Source: a virus. From it: 64,000 bases of DNA. The stretch covers positions 4,034-68,033 of IMG/VR virus record IMGVR_UViG_3300020439_001360; one strand, 5' to 3'. Both the position numbers and the translations under genes were made by a program. Under the pieces are notes generated by a model that was given only the letters and a program-made list of their open reading frames with translations, made no database searches and was not told the origin of the DNA. The number at the start of each line of letters is the position of its first letter. Within the stretch, counting starts at the first letter, position 1. Below, piece by piece: positions 39,881-48,737 of this stretch.

Positions 39881-42800
39881 ATGGCAGATTTCAGATTAGG
39901 CAGACTTAAGTTTAATTGGAGGGGCGACTGGACAGTTGCCACTGCATACGTCATCGATGACATCGTTAAGTTTGGCGCAAACACTTTTGTTTGTATTTCC
40001 AACCACACGTCAGCATCGAATGAAGCACAATGGTATGGATCGGATGGTGCCAGATGGCAACTCCATACCGAAGGCATTTACCACAGAGGTGAATGGGCGG
40101 ATGCAACCTTCTATAGAACCAATGATATTGTCAAGTATGGCAATGATCAGTATAGAGTTGTCAACCCTCATACTTCCAGCGGATCTTTCGCTGCTGCAAA
40201 CTTCGTCTCGTATATTAATGGACTGAAGTTTGAAGATACGTGGGATACCAACACTGAATACCAACCAGGTGACATTGTAACTTTCGGTGGTTACTCTTAT
40301 GTTGCTCAAACAATCTCTACGGGTTCCCAACCCAATAGCACTATTGGCAGCGACTGGGAGATTCTAACTACTGGTTTCAAGGTGGTTGGTACATGGAGCA
40401 ACAGCACCGAGTATAAGCCTGGTGACGTTGTACTCCTTGGTGGTAACTCTTACGTTGCCAAGACAACCAACACAAACTCCACACCTGGAGCCAATCCTTC
40501 TGATTGGGACTTCGTTGTTGGTGGTTTCACCTGGAGAGGCACTTGGGATAGCAGCACAACCTACCAACCTGGTGATGCTGTTACCAGAGCAAGTAACTCC
40601 TACATCTGTATTGCCGAAACAACTGGCAACGAACCTGAACTAGATGTTAACGGAGACTACTGGAACTCCTTGACCCAAGGCGCACAGTCTAACGTTCTAA
40701 CCGATCCTGGTGATGTTCTCTACATCTCTGGTTCTGGTGCTGCAAGACTACCTATCGGAACAACTGGTCAAGTTCTAACTGTTGATTCTAATGGATTCCC
40801 AGCATGGGAAAATAATAATGTTACTGATCCTGTTTACTATGTTACCACAAATGGCAACGACCTAAACGATGGTTCTAACATTAGTAAAGCATTTGCTTCA
40901 CTCTCTCATGCAGTAAGTCTTGTTACTGGTCCTGCTACCATTTATGTTAAGGCAGGTATCTATAACGAAACTCTACCAATCATCGTTCCCGAGAACGTTT
41001 CGATCATTGGTGATAACATGAGAACGTCCACCATTAAACCAAATGTTGGACAACCTTCTAACATCCAAAGACTAACACTCGCACAGATTCCTCTTCAAAC
41101 CGAAAGAGTCATTGGCGAGACATGCGCCAACGGTGCTGGCGATAAGACCGCACAGATCATGGATGTCAGAGACGGTGGTGCTACTATTGACGTTATGCCA
41201 CTGACTGGTGGTGTTTGGACTATCGCTGATACTTTCGATAACGGCGGTGCTGATATTACACTCAATACAGTAACCACTCTCAACAACGAGAACGCAACTC
41301 TCTTCTATCTGTCTAACAGATCGATGCTGAAGGATCTCGTTATGGATGGTATGGCAGGATTCGTTCCTTCGGTTATTGATCCAAAGGATATGAACACCTC
41401 TATTCCAGATGGTGTATTCGTCAGACTGAATCCTAACTCCCCAATCACCAAGTCTCCTTACGTTTCGCAGTGTTCTGCATTCTCACAGACTGGTATTGGT
41501 GCAATTGTTGACGGTGGTGTTCACGACAAGTATGACGGAACTGCAACTCCTTCTAACAAGTCTATCGTTTTTGACTCTTGGACTAACATCCACGAAGACG
41601 GTGGTGTAGGTTTCTGGATTACGAACAACGGCGCTGCTGAAATTGTATCCTGCTTCACCTACTATTGCCACATCTCCTACACCTCTACTAGAGGCGGTAG
41701 AATCAGATCTCTTGCAGGTAACTCCTCCTGGGGTACTTACGCTATTGTTTCTTCTGGTTTCAACGAGAACGAATCTACTCTCGATGGTTTCATCGATGGT
41801 ATTGAACTTAACTACGATCTTACCACTCTTTCGACTGGTGCATCGTTCGAGACCGATGAGCAAGTTATTGGCGGTACTTCTGGTGCGGTTGGCGAAGTTA
41901 CTAGCTTCCAACCTTCTGCAGATAAGATTCTTATCCGTCCTCTCAAAGGTAACTTTGCACAGAATGAAGTTGTTACTGGTCAAACTTCTGGTGCTTTTGC
42001 AACTCTGGTCAACAACTCTGATGCACAGCAAGGTATCTCTGGATTCACCTTTGTTCTTGGCGGTCTAACTGCTGCTCCTGACCCAGGTGGTTCTATTGAA
42101 TACATCACTGGTCCTGGTGGAATCGGTGCTGACCTCTTCACCTATGTTATTGCAAACTCTTCTTATCGTGGTCCTAATGGTCGTGGCGAACTGACCGTAA
42201 CTAGAGGACTGTTGGGTTCTGCTGCTGCAACTCACGATGGTTTGAGCAATGTTATTAGATACCAAACTGGTACTGCAACATCTCTAACCGCTCCTATCAG
42301 TGATGCAGTAGGTACTGTTATTCAAGTTGCTTCTATTACTGGTATCAACACTGGTGGTTATATTATCATCGAAAATGAGATGATGGAAGTTGTCTCCTTC
42401 CCAACTGCAACTTCGGTCGAGGTTATCAGAGGAGTAGAAGGAACCACTGCTGCTACCCACAACTCGGGCGTTACTGTTAGAGCACTTCAAATCAAAGTTC
42501 CTAACGAAACAACTACTGCTAGAGACCTGACCGCAAGCGACACAGTTATTCTTGTCGAATCTTCTACAGGTACTCTATCTTCTGATTATATTAAGATTGA
42601 CAATGAGTTCATGCAGGTATCTACCTCTGCAACAATTACAACTGGTACTGTTCTAGTTGTTCTCGCAGAAGAGAAGCCAACACCAACTTATGATCGTCAA
42701 GCTTCAAGAATCAGATACCTGTATTCTCAAGTCAGACTAACTGGTCACGACTTCCTGGATATTGGTACTGGTAACAAGACACAGACTAACTGGCCAGGTC

Positions 42801-43153
42801 AGCCACTTTCGGCACCTGCACCAGGTAATGAGGTTACTGAAAACTTCCCTGGTCGTGTGTTCTTCGTATCCACGGACCAAGATGGTAACTTCACTGTTGG
42901 TCGTTACTTCAAAGTTAACCAGGCAACTGGTAGCACAACCTTGAACGCATCGTCCTTCGACCTATCTGGTCTATCGTCCTTGAGACTGGGTTCCATCGGT
43001 GCTCAAATCGGTGAATCCATTAATGAGTTCACAAGCGACGTTACATTCTCTGCTAATAGCAACTCTAAAGTTCCTACGCAGAAGGCAGTCAAGACTTACG
43101 TTGACACAAAGACGAAGACTAAAGGCTTCACTTTCTGGGCGGGAGCAATGTGA
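39881..43153 (+). CDS. Tail fibre / carbohydrate-binding virion protein
   Basis: MADFRLGRLKFNWRG.W; about six W...T.Y...D.V..G...Y repeats (CBM5/12-like); YYV...GND.NDG...AFAS...A and IYVKAG.Y.E.LP beta-helix start. Confidence 0.78.
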   Translation: MADFRLGRLKFNWRGDWTVATAYVIDDIVKFGANTFVCISNHTSASNEAQWYGSDGARWQLHTEGIYHRGEWADATFYRTNDIVKYGNDQYRVVNPHTSSGSFAAANFVSYINGLKFEDTWDTNTEYQPGDIVTFGGYSYVAQTISTGSQPNSTIGSDWEILTTGFKVVGTWSNSTEYKPGDVVLLGGNSYVAKTTNTNSTPGANPSDWDFVVGGFTWRGTWDSSTTYQPGDAVTRASNSYICIAETTGNEPELDVNGDYWNSLTQGAQSNVLTDPGDVLYISGSGAARLPIGTTGQVLTVDSNGFPAWENNNVTDPVYYVTTNGNDLNDGSNISKAFASLSHAVSLVTGPATIYVKAGIYNETLPIIVPENVSIIGDNMRTSTIKPNVGQPSNIQRLTLAQIPLQTERVIGETCANGAGDKTAQIMDVRDGGATIDVMPLTGGVWTIADTFDNGGADITLNTVTTLNNENATLFYLSNRSMLKDLVMDGMAGFVPSVIDPKDMNTSIPDGVFVRLNPNSPITKSPYVSQCSAFSQTGIGAIVDGGVHDKYDGTATPSNKSIVFDSWTNIHEDGGVGFWITNNGAAEIVSCFTYYCHISYTSTRGGRIRSLAGNSSWGTYAIVSSGFNENESTLDGFIDGIELNYDLTTLSTGASFETDEQVIGGTSGAVGEVTSFQPSADKILIRPLKGNFAQNEVVTGQTSGAFATLVNNSDAQQGISGFTFVLGGLTAAPDPGGSIEYITGPGGIGADLFTYVIANSSYRGPNGRGELTVTRGLLGSAAATHDGLSNVIRYQTGTATSLTAPISDAVGTVIQVASITGINTGGYIIIENEMMEVVSFPTATSVEVIRGVEGTTAATHNSGVTVRALQIKVPNETTTARDLTASDTVILVESSTGTLSSDYIKIDNEFMQVSTSATITTGTVLVVLAEEKPTPTYDRQASRIRYLYSQVRLTGHDFLDIGTGNKTQTNWPGQPLSAPAPGNEVTENFPGRVFFVSTDQDGNFTVGRYFKVNQATGSTTLNASSFDLSGLSSLRLGSIGAQIGESINEFTSDVTFSANSNSKVPTQKAVKTYVDTKTKTKGFTFWAGAM

Positions 43154-43162
43154 TCCCCTCTT

Positions 43163-43170
43163 TATAAATA
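43163..43170 (+). promoter_or_regulatory. T4-type late promoter
   Basis: TATAAATA upstream of the ORF at 43216 (AAGGAG SD). Confidence 0.8.
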
Positions 43171-43215
43171 CTAGTAAAATTACGAAATCTCGGCAAACTT
43201 AAGGAGTAATAAAAA

Positions 43216-43536
43216 ATGGCTTCTGGAATCCTGGGGACACAAGCTTCCCTTTCAGCAAACACCCTAACCACAATTTATACCGTACCTGCATCTACCGTTG
43301 CATACGTGAACTTTAACATTGTCAACACTAACTCTACCCCTGTTAGCGTTCGTGTTGCTCTCGCTGCTACTAGCACACCTACTGGCGCAGAATACATTGA
43401 GTACAATGCAGAAATTGCAGGGTACGGTATTCTGGAAAGAACTGGTATTGCGCTTCAGGCAACTAAAAACATTGTAGTGCTTTCCGATACGGCAAACGTC
43501 AGCGTGGCTGCGTATGGCGTTGAAGAAGAGGCTTGA
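43216..43536 (+). CDS. Small virion structural protein
   Basis: 106 aa: TTIYTVPA, EYIEY, LERTGI.L, AYGVEE; strong SD. Confidence 0.78.
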   Translation: MASGILGTQASLSANTLTTIYTVPASTVAYVNFNIVNTNSTPVSVRVALAATSTPTGAEYIEYNAEIAGYGILERTGIALQATKNIVVLSDTANVSVAAYGVEEEA

Positions 43537-43564
43537 TAAATAGTACAAAGGAGTTTTAAGAACA

Positions 43565-43894
43565 ATGGGACGCAATCTATCAGCACCACCCCTAGAGCAA
43601 AGAACTACTCTAGGCATTACAGCAAACCACAGTGTTCTCTCGGGAGAAATCCTCCTGATTGACACCACCGCTGGTTCGGAAATTACACTAACATTGCCAG
43701 CAAACCCTGCAGTGGGTGACCGCATCAATCTAATTGATGCAGCAGGTCAGTGTGGTACAACCAAGGCAATTCTTGCTAGAAATGGCAATAAAATCGCTAA
43801 TCTAGCAGAAGACCTGGACTTCGATATTAAAAATGCATCTCTTGAATTAATCTATAGCGGATCTTCTTACGGTTGGTCGATCCTTTCTAACTGA
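43565..43894 (+). CDS. Small fibre-connector protein
   Basis: DTT.G...TLTLPANP.VGD.I..IDA.G...RNG.KI....DL..D...A...LIY.G..YGW. Confidence 0.75.
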   Translation: MGRNLSAPPLEQRTTLGITANHSVLSGEILLIDTTAGSEITLTLPANPAVGDRINLIDAAGQCGTTKAILARNGNKIANLAEDLDFDIKNASLELIYSGSSYGWSILSN

Positions 43895-43917
43895 TATACC
43901 TAGGGAGGATATAAGTC

Positions 43918-44853
43918 ATGTCGAGTTTAAGAGACTTACTGGATGTTGCAGATTCTACTGCAGTACCAGTAACTACATATTACGGTCCCCAAAACAGTCA
44001 CCAAATTTGGTTTCGTGGGGGTCACTGTTGGGAATACAACAACAACCACAACTACAACTGGCAAGAACTTTGCTGGTGCGTTCCAGTTTGTTGTGTCTGT
44101 AAACTAGAGATCGAAATCTGGGGTGGAGGCGGCGGCGGCGCTGGCGCTTGCTGCTGTATGAACGGATGGAATGGTCATTCTGGTCAGTATAACAAAACTA
44201 CAGTTTGTGCTGCACAACCTGGTCTTGGGTATAATTCTCTAGACGGTTGCAAGTATTGCTTCTGTGCTGCATCGGTTACTTGTAGATCACCATCCAACGG
44301 CGGTTTTGACGGTTGTAAGAGCTGGGTAAATGGTCCTGGTCTAGATAACTTCTGTGCTTGTGGTGGATGTCACGGTCGCTCCTGTTGCTTTGGTGCTGCT
44401 AACTACTCTGGTGGTTGTAGAACCAGAGAGAACTGGATGGTCGGTTCTGCACAGGCAAGATGGCAGACTAACTGCTGGAGTCAGGAACGCGAATGTCGCG
44501 AATACTGCTGTGAATATGGTAAGGAATTCTGGGGCAACCAAAACTCCTACAACCAGAACAGTTGCTCCGATTGTGGCAACTGGTGTATGATGAAAAACTA
44601 TGTTCCTACTGGTCCTTACCAAGATGGTAAGTTCGGTACACTCCACACTACCAGACGTTGCTCTATGGCAACTTGCGGTAGAAATGCAACAATGTGGATG
44701 GAAGGAAATAATGCTGGTCTATCCAGTGACTGTTTCCGTAATGGTCCTCCTGGCATGGGTGGATTCTCTGCTGACGTATTTGGTAGAGGTTGCTGCTGTG
44801 GTTCCGAGGGTGCTGCAGGTCTTGTTAAAATCACATGGTACTGTAAGACTTAA
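43918..44853 (+). CDS. Cys-rich, Gly-rich adhesin-like protein 1
   Basis: W.VP...EIWGGGGGG.G.CCC and G.GG...G..GLVKITW; about 35 Cys in 311 aa by manual count. Confidence 0.75.
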   Translation: MSSLRDLLDVADSTAVPVTTYYGPQNSHQIWFRGGHCWEYNNNHNYNWQELCWCVPVCCVCKLEIEIWGGGGGGAGACCCMNGWNGHSGQYNKTTVCAAQPGLGYNSLDGCKYCFCAASVTCRSPSNGGFDGCKSWVNGPGLDNFCACGGCHGRSCCFGAANYSGGCRTRENWMVGSAQARWQTNCWSQERECREYCCEYGKEFWGNQNSYNQNSCSDCGNWCMMKNYVPTGPYQDGKFGTLHTTRRCSMATCGRNATMWMEGNNAGLSSDCFRNGPPGMGGFSADVFGRGCCCGSEGAAGLVKITWYCKT

Positions 44854-44859
44854 TTAAAG

Positions 44860-45792
44860 ATGGCAAATTTACGAGGACTACTGGGGAAGGAATTTGCTTC
44901 CACAATTACTGACACCGCAGCGGTATATGGTAGCTATACCCGTGTCAGAGACGGCATGGTCTTTAACTTCATGCCTTACTGCAACATGGGCAACTGTGAG
45001 CAGTCGTATCACGATTATTGCATCAACCATTGGTGCGTTCCTTGTGGTACTACCCAGATTACTTTTGAACTCTGGGGTGGTGGCGGTTCTGGTGGTGGCG
45101 CTTGCTGCTGCCAACAGGGTGTCCCTGGTGGTGCTGGTTCATATGTCAGAAAAACTCTACAGTATCCACAAATCCAAGGTGGATGGTGTTACACTCTGGT
45201 TGTAGCAGCGCCTACTTGTTGCTCACAGTGCTGCTGTGGTATTCAAGGTTGTAAGTCTTACATCACTGGATGTAACCTATCTAACCTATGTGCTGAAGGC
45301 GGTCTCCCTGGTAAGACATGCTGTTATGCATTCTGGGGTAACGAATTTAGATGTCAGGATAGAGTTTACTTCGCAGGATGTGGCGGATGGACACCTGGTA
45401 CACACCAATCTCAAGCTTATGGTGGAGACGAAATGATTCCTGGTGGTCCTGGATTCTTTAGAACTTATAATAACTCCAATACTTGCTGGGCAAAGATTGG
45501 AATGCCATACCCAGGTAGACTCATTGACCACAAAGGTGGTCACATTATGTCTAATAATAGAGGTGATGCTTGTAACAATGAGCGCACCTATTGCAACGGA
45601 ACGACTCCTTGGGCATACAGCACAAACTGCAATGGTGGTCCTGGTATGCCTGGCGTTGGTGCTCCTTCTGCAACCTCCTGCGCCAATAGCTGCTGCTATG
45701 GAAGAAGAGGTGGCGGTGGATTTATTAAGATCACATACTGTTCCTGCTGGTTAGGCGTCAACAATAACTGCGCTTACCACTTCTGTAACTAA
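44860..45792 (+). CDS. Cys-rich, Gly-rich adhesin-like protein 2
   Basis: WCVP.GTTQITFELWGGGGSGGGACCC...PGGAGSY; about 32 Cys in 310 aa. Confidence 0.75.
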   Translation: MANLRGLLGKEFASTITDTAAVYGSYTRVRDGMVFNFMPYCNMGNCEQSYHDYCINHWCVPCGTTQITFELWGGGGSGGGACCCQQGVPGGAGSYVRKTLQYPQIQGGWCYTLVVAAPTCCSQCCCGIQGCKSYITGCNLSNLCAEGGLPGKTCCYAFWGNEFRCQDRVYFAGCGGWTPGTHQSQAYGGDEMIPGGPGFFRTYNNSNTCWAKIGMPYPGRLIDHKGGHIMSNNRGDACNNERTYCNGTTPWAYSTNCNGGPGMPGVGAPSATSCANSCCYGRRGGGGFIKITYCSCWLGVNNNCAYHFCN

Positions 45793-45818
45793 ATATCAAT
45801 TAAGAAGAGCCATAGAAG

Positions 45819-46718
45819 ATGCCAAATACCAATTTACGAGACTTATTGGGAGTCGTAACCACCGCACAAATTCAGTCACTAGCTGAAGCGGATGTTACAA
45901 CAAAAGTACCACCATATCCTTCAAAGGATTATACAGTGATGTACATCGCAGCACACTGTGGTGCCACCTGTGACAACTGGACTTCCAACTATGGATACTT
46001 CCAGTATCCTGATTGGAAGATCCCCCAAAACACCACAGAAGTCATTTTTGAGATCTGGGCTGCTGGTGGATCTGGTGGTGATAGTCGCTGCTGTGGTAGA
46101 GGCATCCCTGGTTCATCTGGTGCTTATGCATATAAGAAGCTATCTGGTGCTGATGTTGTCCCTGGTTGTTCTTATTCCATTGATATTGGTCAAGGTGGTA
46201 GAGCAAGAAATAACTTGACTTGTGGTCAGAAAGGTGGAGACACCTACATCACAGGTTATGGTCTTTCTAACTTCTGTGCTGTTGGTGGTGACGGAGGATG
46301 CTCTTGCTGCTACATGTGCTGCTGCTTCTGGCACACGAAGTGTACTGTATGCTGCAATGGTCCTTGTGCGCTTTACTACGGTGCTGATGGCGGTGCTTAC
46401 GGCAACCCTGGCGCTGGTTACATCTTCTGCCACAACAACCACTGCCACAACAAGCAGTACATCCCATATCCTGGTGGTCTAGTTAACGGTAAGGGCGGTT
46501 GGTTGCCCATGACCCAATGTGAGCATAGAGGATGTGGATATTGTAGCACCATGTACGCTACCGCACAACTACAATGGGGTGGTGCATATTCCGAAGGTAA
46601 CTATGTTCCTGGTATCGGTGGTGCCTCTGGTTGGACTGATGGTGGATGCTGCTACGGTCAGCATGGATACCATGGTCTAGTTCGGATTTCCTACAAGCAA
46701 TCCGAATGCAGCTACTGA
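45819..46718 (+). CDS. Cys-rich, Gly-rich adhesin-like protein 3
   Basis: WKIP..TTEVIFEIWAAGGSGG..RCC...PGSSGAY; about 25 Cys in 299 aa. Confidence 0.75.
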   Translation: MPNTNLRDLLGVVTTAQIQSLAEADVTTKVPPYPSKDYTVMYIAAHCGATCDNWTSNYGYFQYPDWKIPQNTTEVIFEIWAAGGSGGDSRCCGRGIPGSSGAYAYKKLSGADVVPGCSYSIDIGQGGRARNNLTCGQKGGDTYITGYGLSNFCAVGGDGGCSCCYMCCCFWHTKCTVCCNGPCALYYGADGGAYGNPGAGYIFCHNNHCHNKQYIPYPGGLVNGKGGWLPMTQCEHRGCGYCSTMYATAQLQWGGAYSEGNYVPGIGGASGWTDGGCCYGQHGYHGLVRISYKQSECSY

Positions 46719-46727
46719 TCAACATTA

Positions 46728-46735
46728 TATAAATA
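46728..46735 (+). promoter_or_regulatory. T4-type late promoter
   Basis: TATAAATA. Confidence 0.78.
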
Positions 46736-46776
46736 TCTAAAGCAATACTCACGGACTATACAAAGAGATTACTACC

Positions 46777-47502
46777 ATGGCGAACATTTCAAAGGAATAC
46801 ACTTATAACCTACCTGACGAGTACACAAAGCAGACTAGTGATCTTGGACTAACTGCTACTGCGACCTATGAGGGTCCAGAGTTCTTGTACGTATTCGTTG
46901 ATGCAGAGACTGGTAAACTACAACCAGCACAGTCCTGCATGCCAGTCTTTTCTGAAACTGACCAGGCAGAAAACGCACAAATCAGAGCAGGTCTTGACGA
47001 GAGAGCAATTCTCCTCCGTCCTAATACTGATAACACAGATGCTATTATCGCATCTATCTTCTTCCACACCGACACTGGTAAAGAAGCAGGTTATCCACAG
47101 AAGACATACACCCTTGACGGCGAGACAGAACCATACTACGAGCGTCCCGATCCTCAACTACCAGACCACACCTACAATGTAGACGAGATTACTTACAATT
47201 TCGCTACTGGTTCGTGGGTACAACCTTTCCCATTCATGGAAGTTTGGATCACTATGGAACAGCATGTTGCTGCTCGTGATGGTATTGTTGCAGGAGCAAC
47301 CGACTTCCTCACTAACCAAAGAGCAAACTTGACTGCTGCTCAAATCACCGAGATTGAAGCATTCATCGCAGAAATGGGTGAAGTATACACCAAGTATGAT
47401 GGCGTTGAAGCATTCATGATTCCTTTTCCAGTTGATCCTACCGTTGGTCTTCTTGAAAATTATGACTACAACGAAGATCCAGAAGGTCTTCTTACTGAAT
47501 GA
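46777..47502 (+). CDS. Acidic protein, possible tail-fibre assembly chaperone
   Basis: Follows the adhesin-like genes; helical C-terminus ending IPFPVDP resembles fibre chaperones (weak). Confidence 0.55.
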   Translation: MANISKEYTYNLPDEYTKQTSDLGLTATATYEGPEFLYVFVDAETGKLQPAQSCMPVFSETDQAENAQIRAGLDERAILLRPNTDNTDAIIASIFFHTDTGKEAGYPQKTYTLDGETEPYYERPDPQLPDHTYNVDEITYNFATGSWVQPFPFMEVWITMEQHVAARDGIVAGATDFLTNQRANLTAAQITEIEAFIAEMGEVYTKYDGVEAFMIPFPVDPTVGLLENYDYNEDPEGLLTE

Positions 47503-47524
47503 TAACAAATTCCGTGGTATAATT

Positions 47525-47548
47525 GGGGCGGGGAACCGCCCCTTTTTT
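47525..47548 (+). terminator. Rho-independent terminator
   Basis: GGGGCGG-GGAA-CCGCCCC hairpin (GNRA loop) followed by TTTTTT. Confidence 0.88.
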
Positions 47549-47552
47549 CGTG

Positions 47553-47560
47553 CATAAATA
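47553..47560 (+). promoter_or_regulatory. Late-promoter variant for the sugar-modification operon
   Basis: CATAAATA just after the terminator and 27 nt before the ATG at 47588. Confidence 0.65.
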
Positions 47561-47587
47561 GTAGAAACTAAATCATTGTGATTGATT

Positions 47588-48724
47588 ATGAGACCTAAAT
47601 CATTCTTTATCAATGGTGGTGCTGGACGTGTGCTTTGTTCAATTCCTGCCCTTGAGAAGTATCAAGAGGATCATCCTGACGAGGAGTTCCTAATCGTATG
47701 TGAAGGAGGTACAGACTTCTTCAAAGGACATCCTACACTTTATGGCAAGGTGTATGATAGTTGGCACAAAAATATTTTCAGAGACAAACTGATTCATACC
47801 GACACAGTTTCTCCAGAACCTTACAGAGTTTGGGAATATTACAATCAGAAATGCAATCTTTCCCAAGCATTCGATATTGCCATTAACAATAAAGGTGTTA
47901 GAGATCTGCCCAAACCAACTCTAAAACTTTCTAGAGAAGAAGCTATTAACGGAAAGTTTATTGTTGCCGAAGTAAGACAAAAGACCAAGAAACCAAAAAC
48001 AGTAGTATTCCAACCATATGGTAGAGGAGTACAGCAAGCAGGTAATATTATTACCGATCCTTCTGGTAGAAGTTTTGAGCACAAGAACGTTGTTTCTATT
48101 ATCAAGCGTCTACAGAAAAAGTATTCTGTCATTCTGATGTCAGAGTTTGCATTTGATTTCGAGAAAGAAGGACTTCGTGATACTATTTCATTCCCTGCTG
48201 GGAATGGAGTTCCCATGAGAGGATGGGCAGGTATCATTGATGAAGCAGACTTGTTCCTTGGATGCGACTCTGTAGGACAGCATATTGCACATGCAGTTGG
48301 AACACCAGTTGTTGCTGTTATGGGTTCTACTTTTGGAGAGAATGTTTCGTATCCCGATGACGAAATGTTTGATGTTCTTGATATGGGTGCAGGTCAACGT
48401 ATCTATGATCCTATTCGCATCTGCCCTGATGAAGAAGCAGCAAGAGCTAATGATGGTATCATGGCAATGAATGATAAGATTGAAGATGTTATCATGAAGT
48501 CGGTTGACAAACTGATGAACAAATACTATCGCAAACCTGCTATGGATATTGTTCTTCCTCCAGAATTTGGTGGTCCTACAGCAGATGGTTGTAACTTACC
48601 AGAAGCACCCAGCAGCAATGGAAACAATTTTCAAATTCCAATGCAACAACCTGCTCCTGGCGGAACAGATGTAAATATTCCAGCACTAGAAATTCCCAGC
48701 AAAGGGTTTTCCGTTAAAAAATAA
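47588..48724 (+). CDS. GT9-like (ADP-heptose heptosyltransferase-like) glycosyltransferase
   Basis: FFINGGAGRVLCSIPAL N-terminal motif; IIDEADLFLGCDSVGQHIAHAVGTPVVAVMG matches the GT9 DS..HLA.A...P motif. Confidence 0.72.
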   Translation: MRPKSFFINGGAGRVLCSIPALEKYQEDHPDEEFLIVCEGGTDFFKGHPTLYGKVYDSWHKNIFRDKLIHTDTVSPEPYRVWEYYNQKCNLSQAFDIAINNKGVRDLPKPTLKLSREEAINGKFIVAEVRQKTKKPKTVVFQPYGRGVQQAGNIITDPSGRSFEHKNVVSIIKRLQKKYSVILMSEFAFDFEKEGLRDTISFPAGNGVPMRGWAGIIDEADLFLGCDSVGQHIAHAVGTPVVAVMGSTFGENVSYPDDEMFDVLDMGAGQRIYDPIRICPDEEAARANDGIMAMNDKIEDVIMKSVDKLMNKYYRKPAMDIVLPPEFGGPTADGCNLPEAPSSNGNNFQIPMQQPAPGGTDVNIPALEIPSKGFSVKK

Positions 48725-48737
48725 TTGAGGATTAGTA

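Noticed and set aside
32043-46718. Diversity-generating retroelement or invertase-driven fibre switching
   Set aside because: No reverse transcriptase or recombinase in the window, and I saw no template/variable repeat pair with adenine-specific differences or flanking inverted repeats.
47515-47523. Extended -10 element TGGTATAAT
   Set aside because: No good -35 and it sits directly before a terminator hairpin; the downstream CATAAATA explains the operon better.
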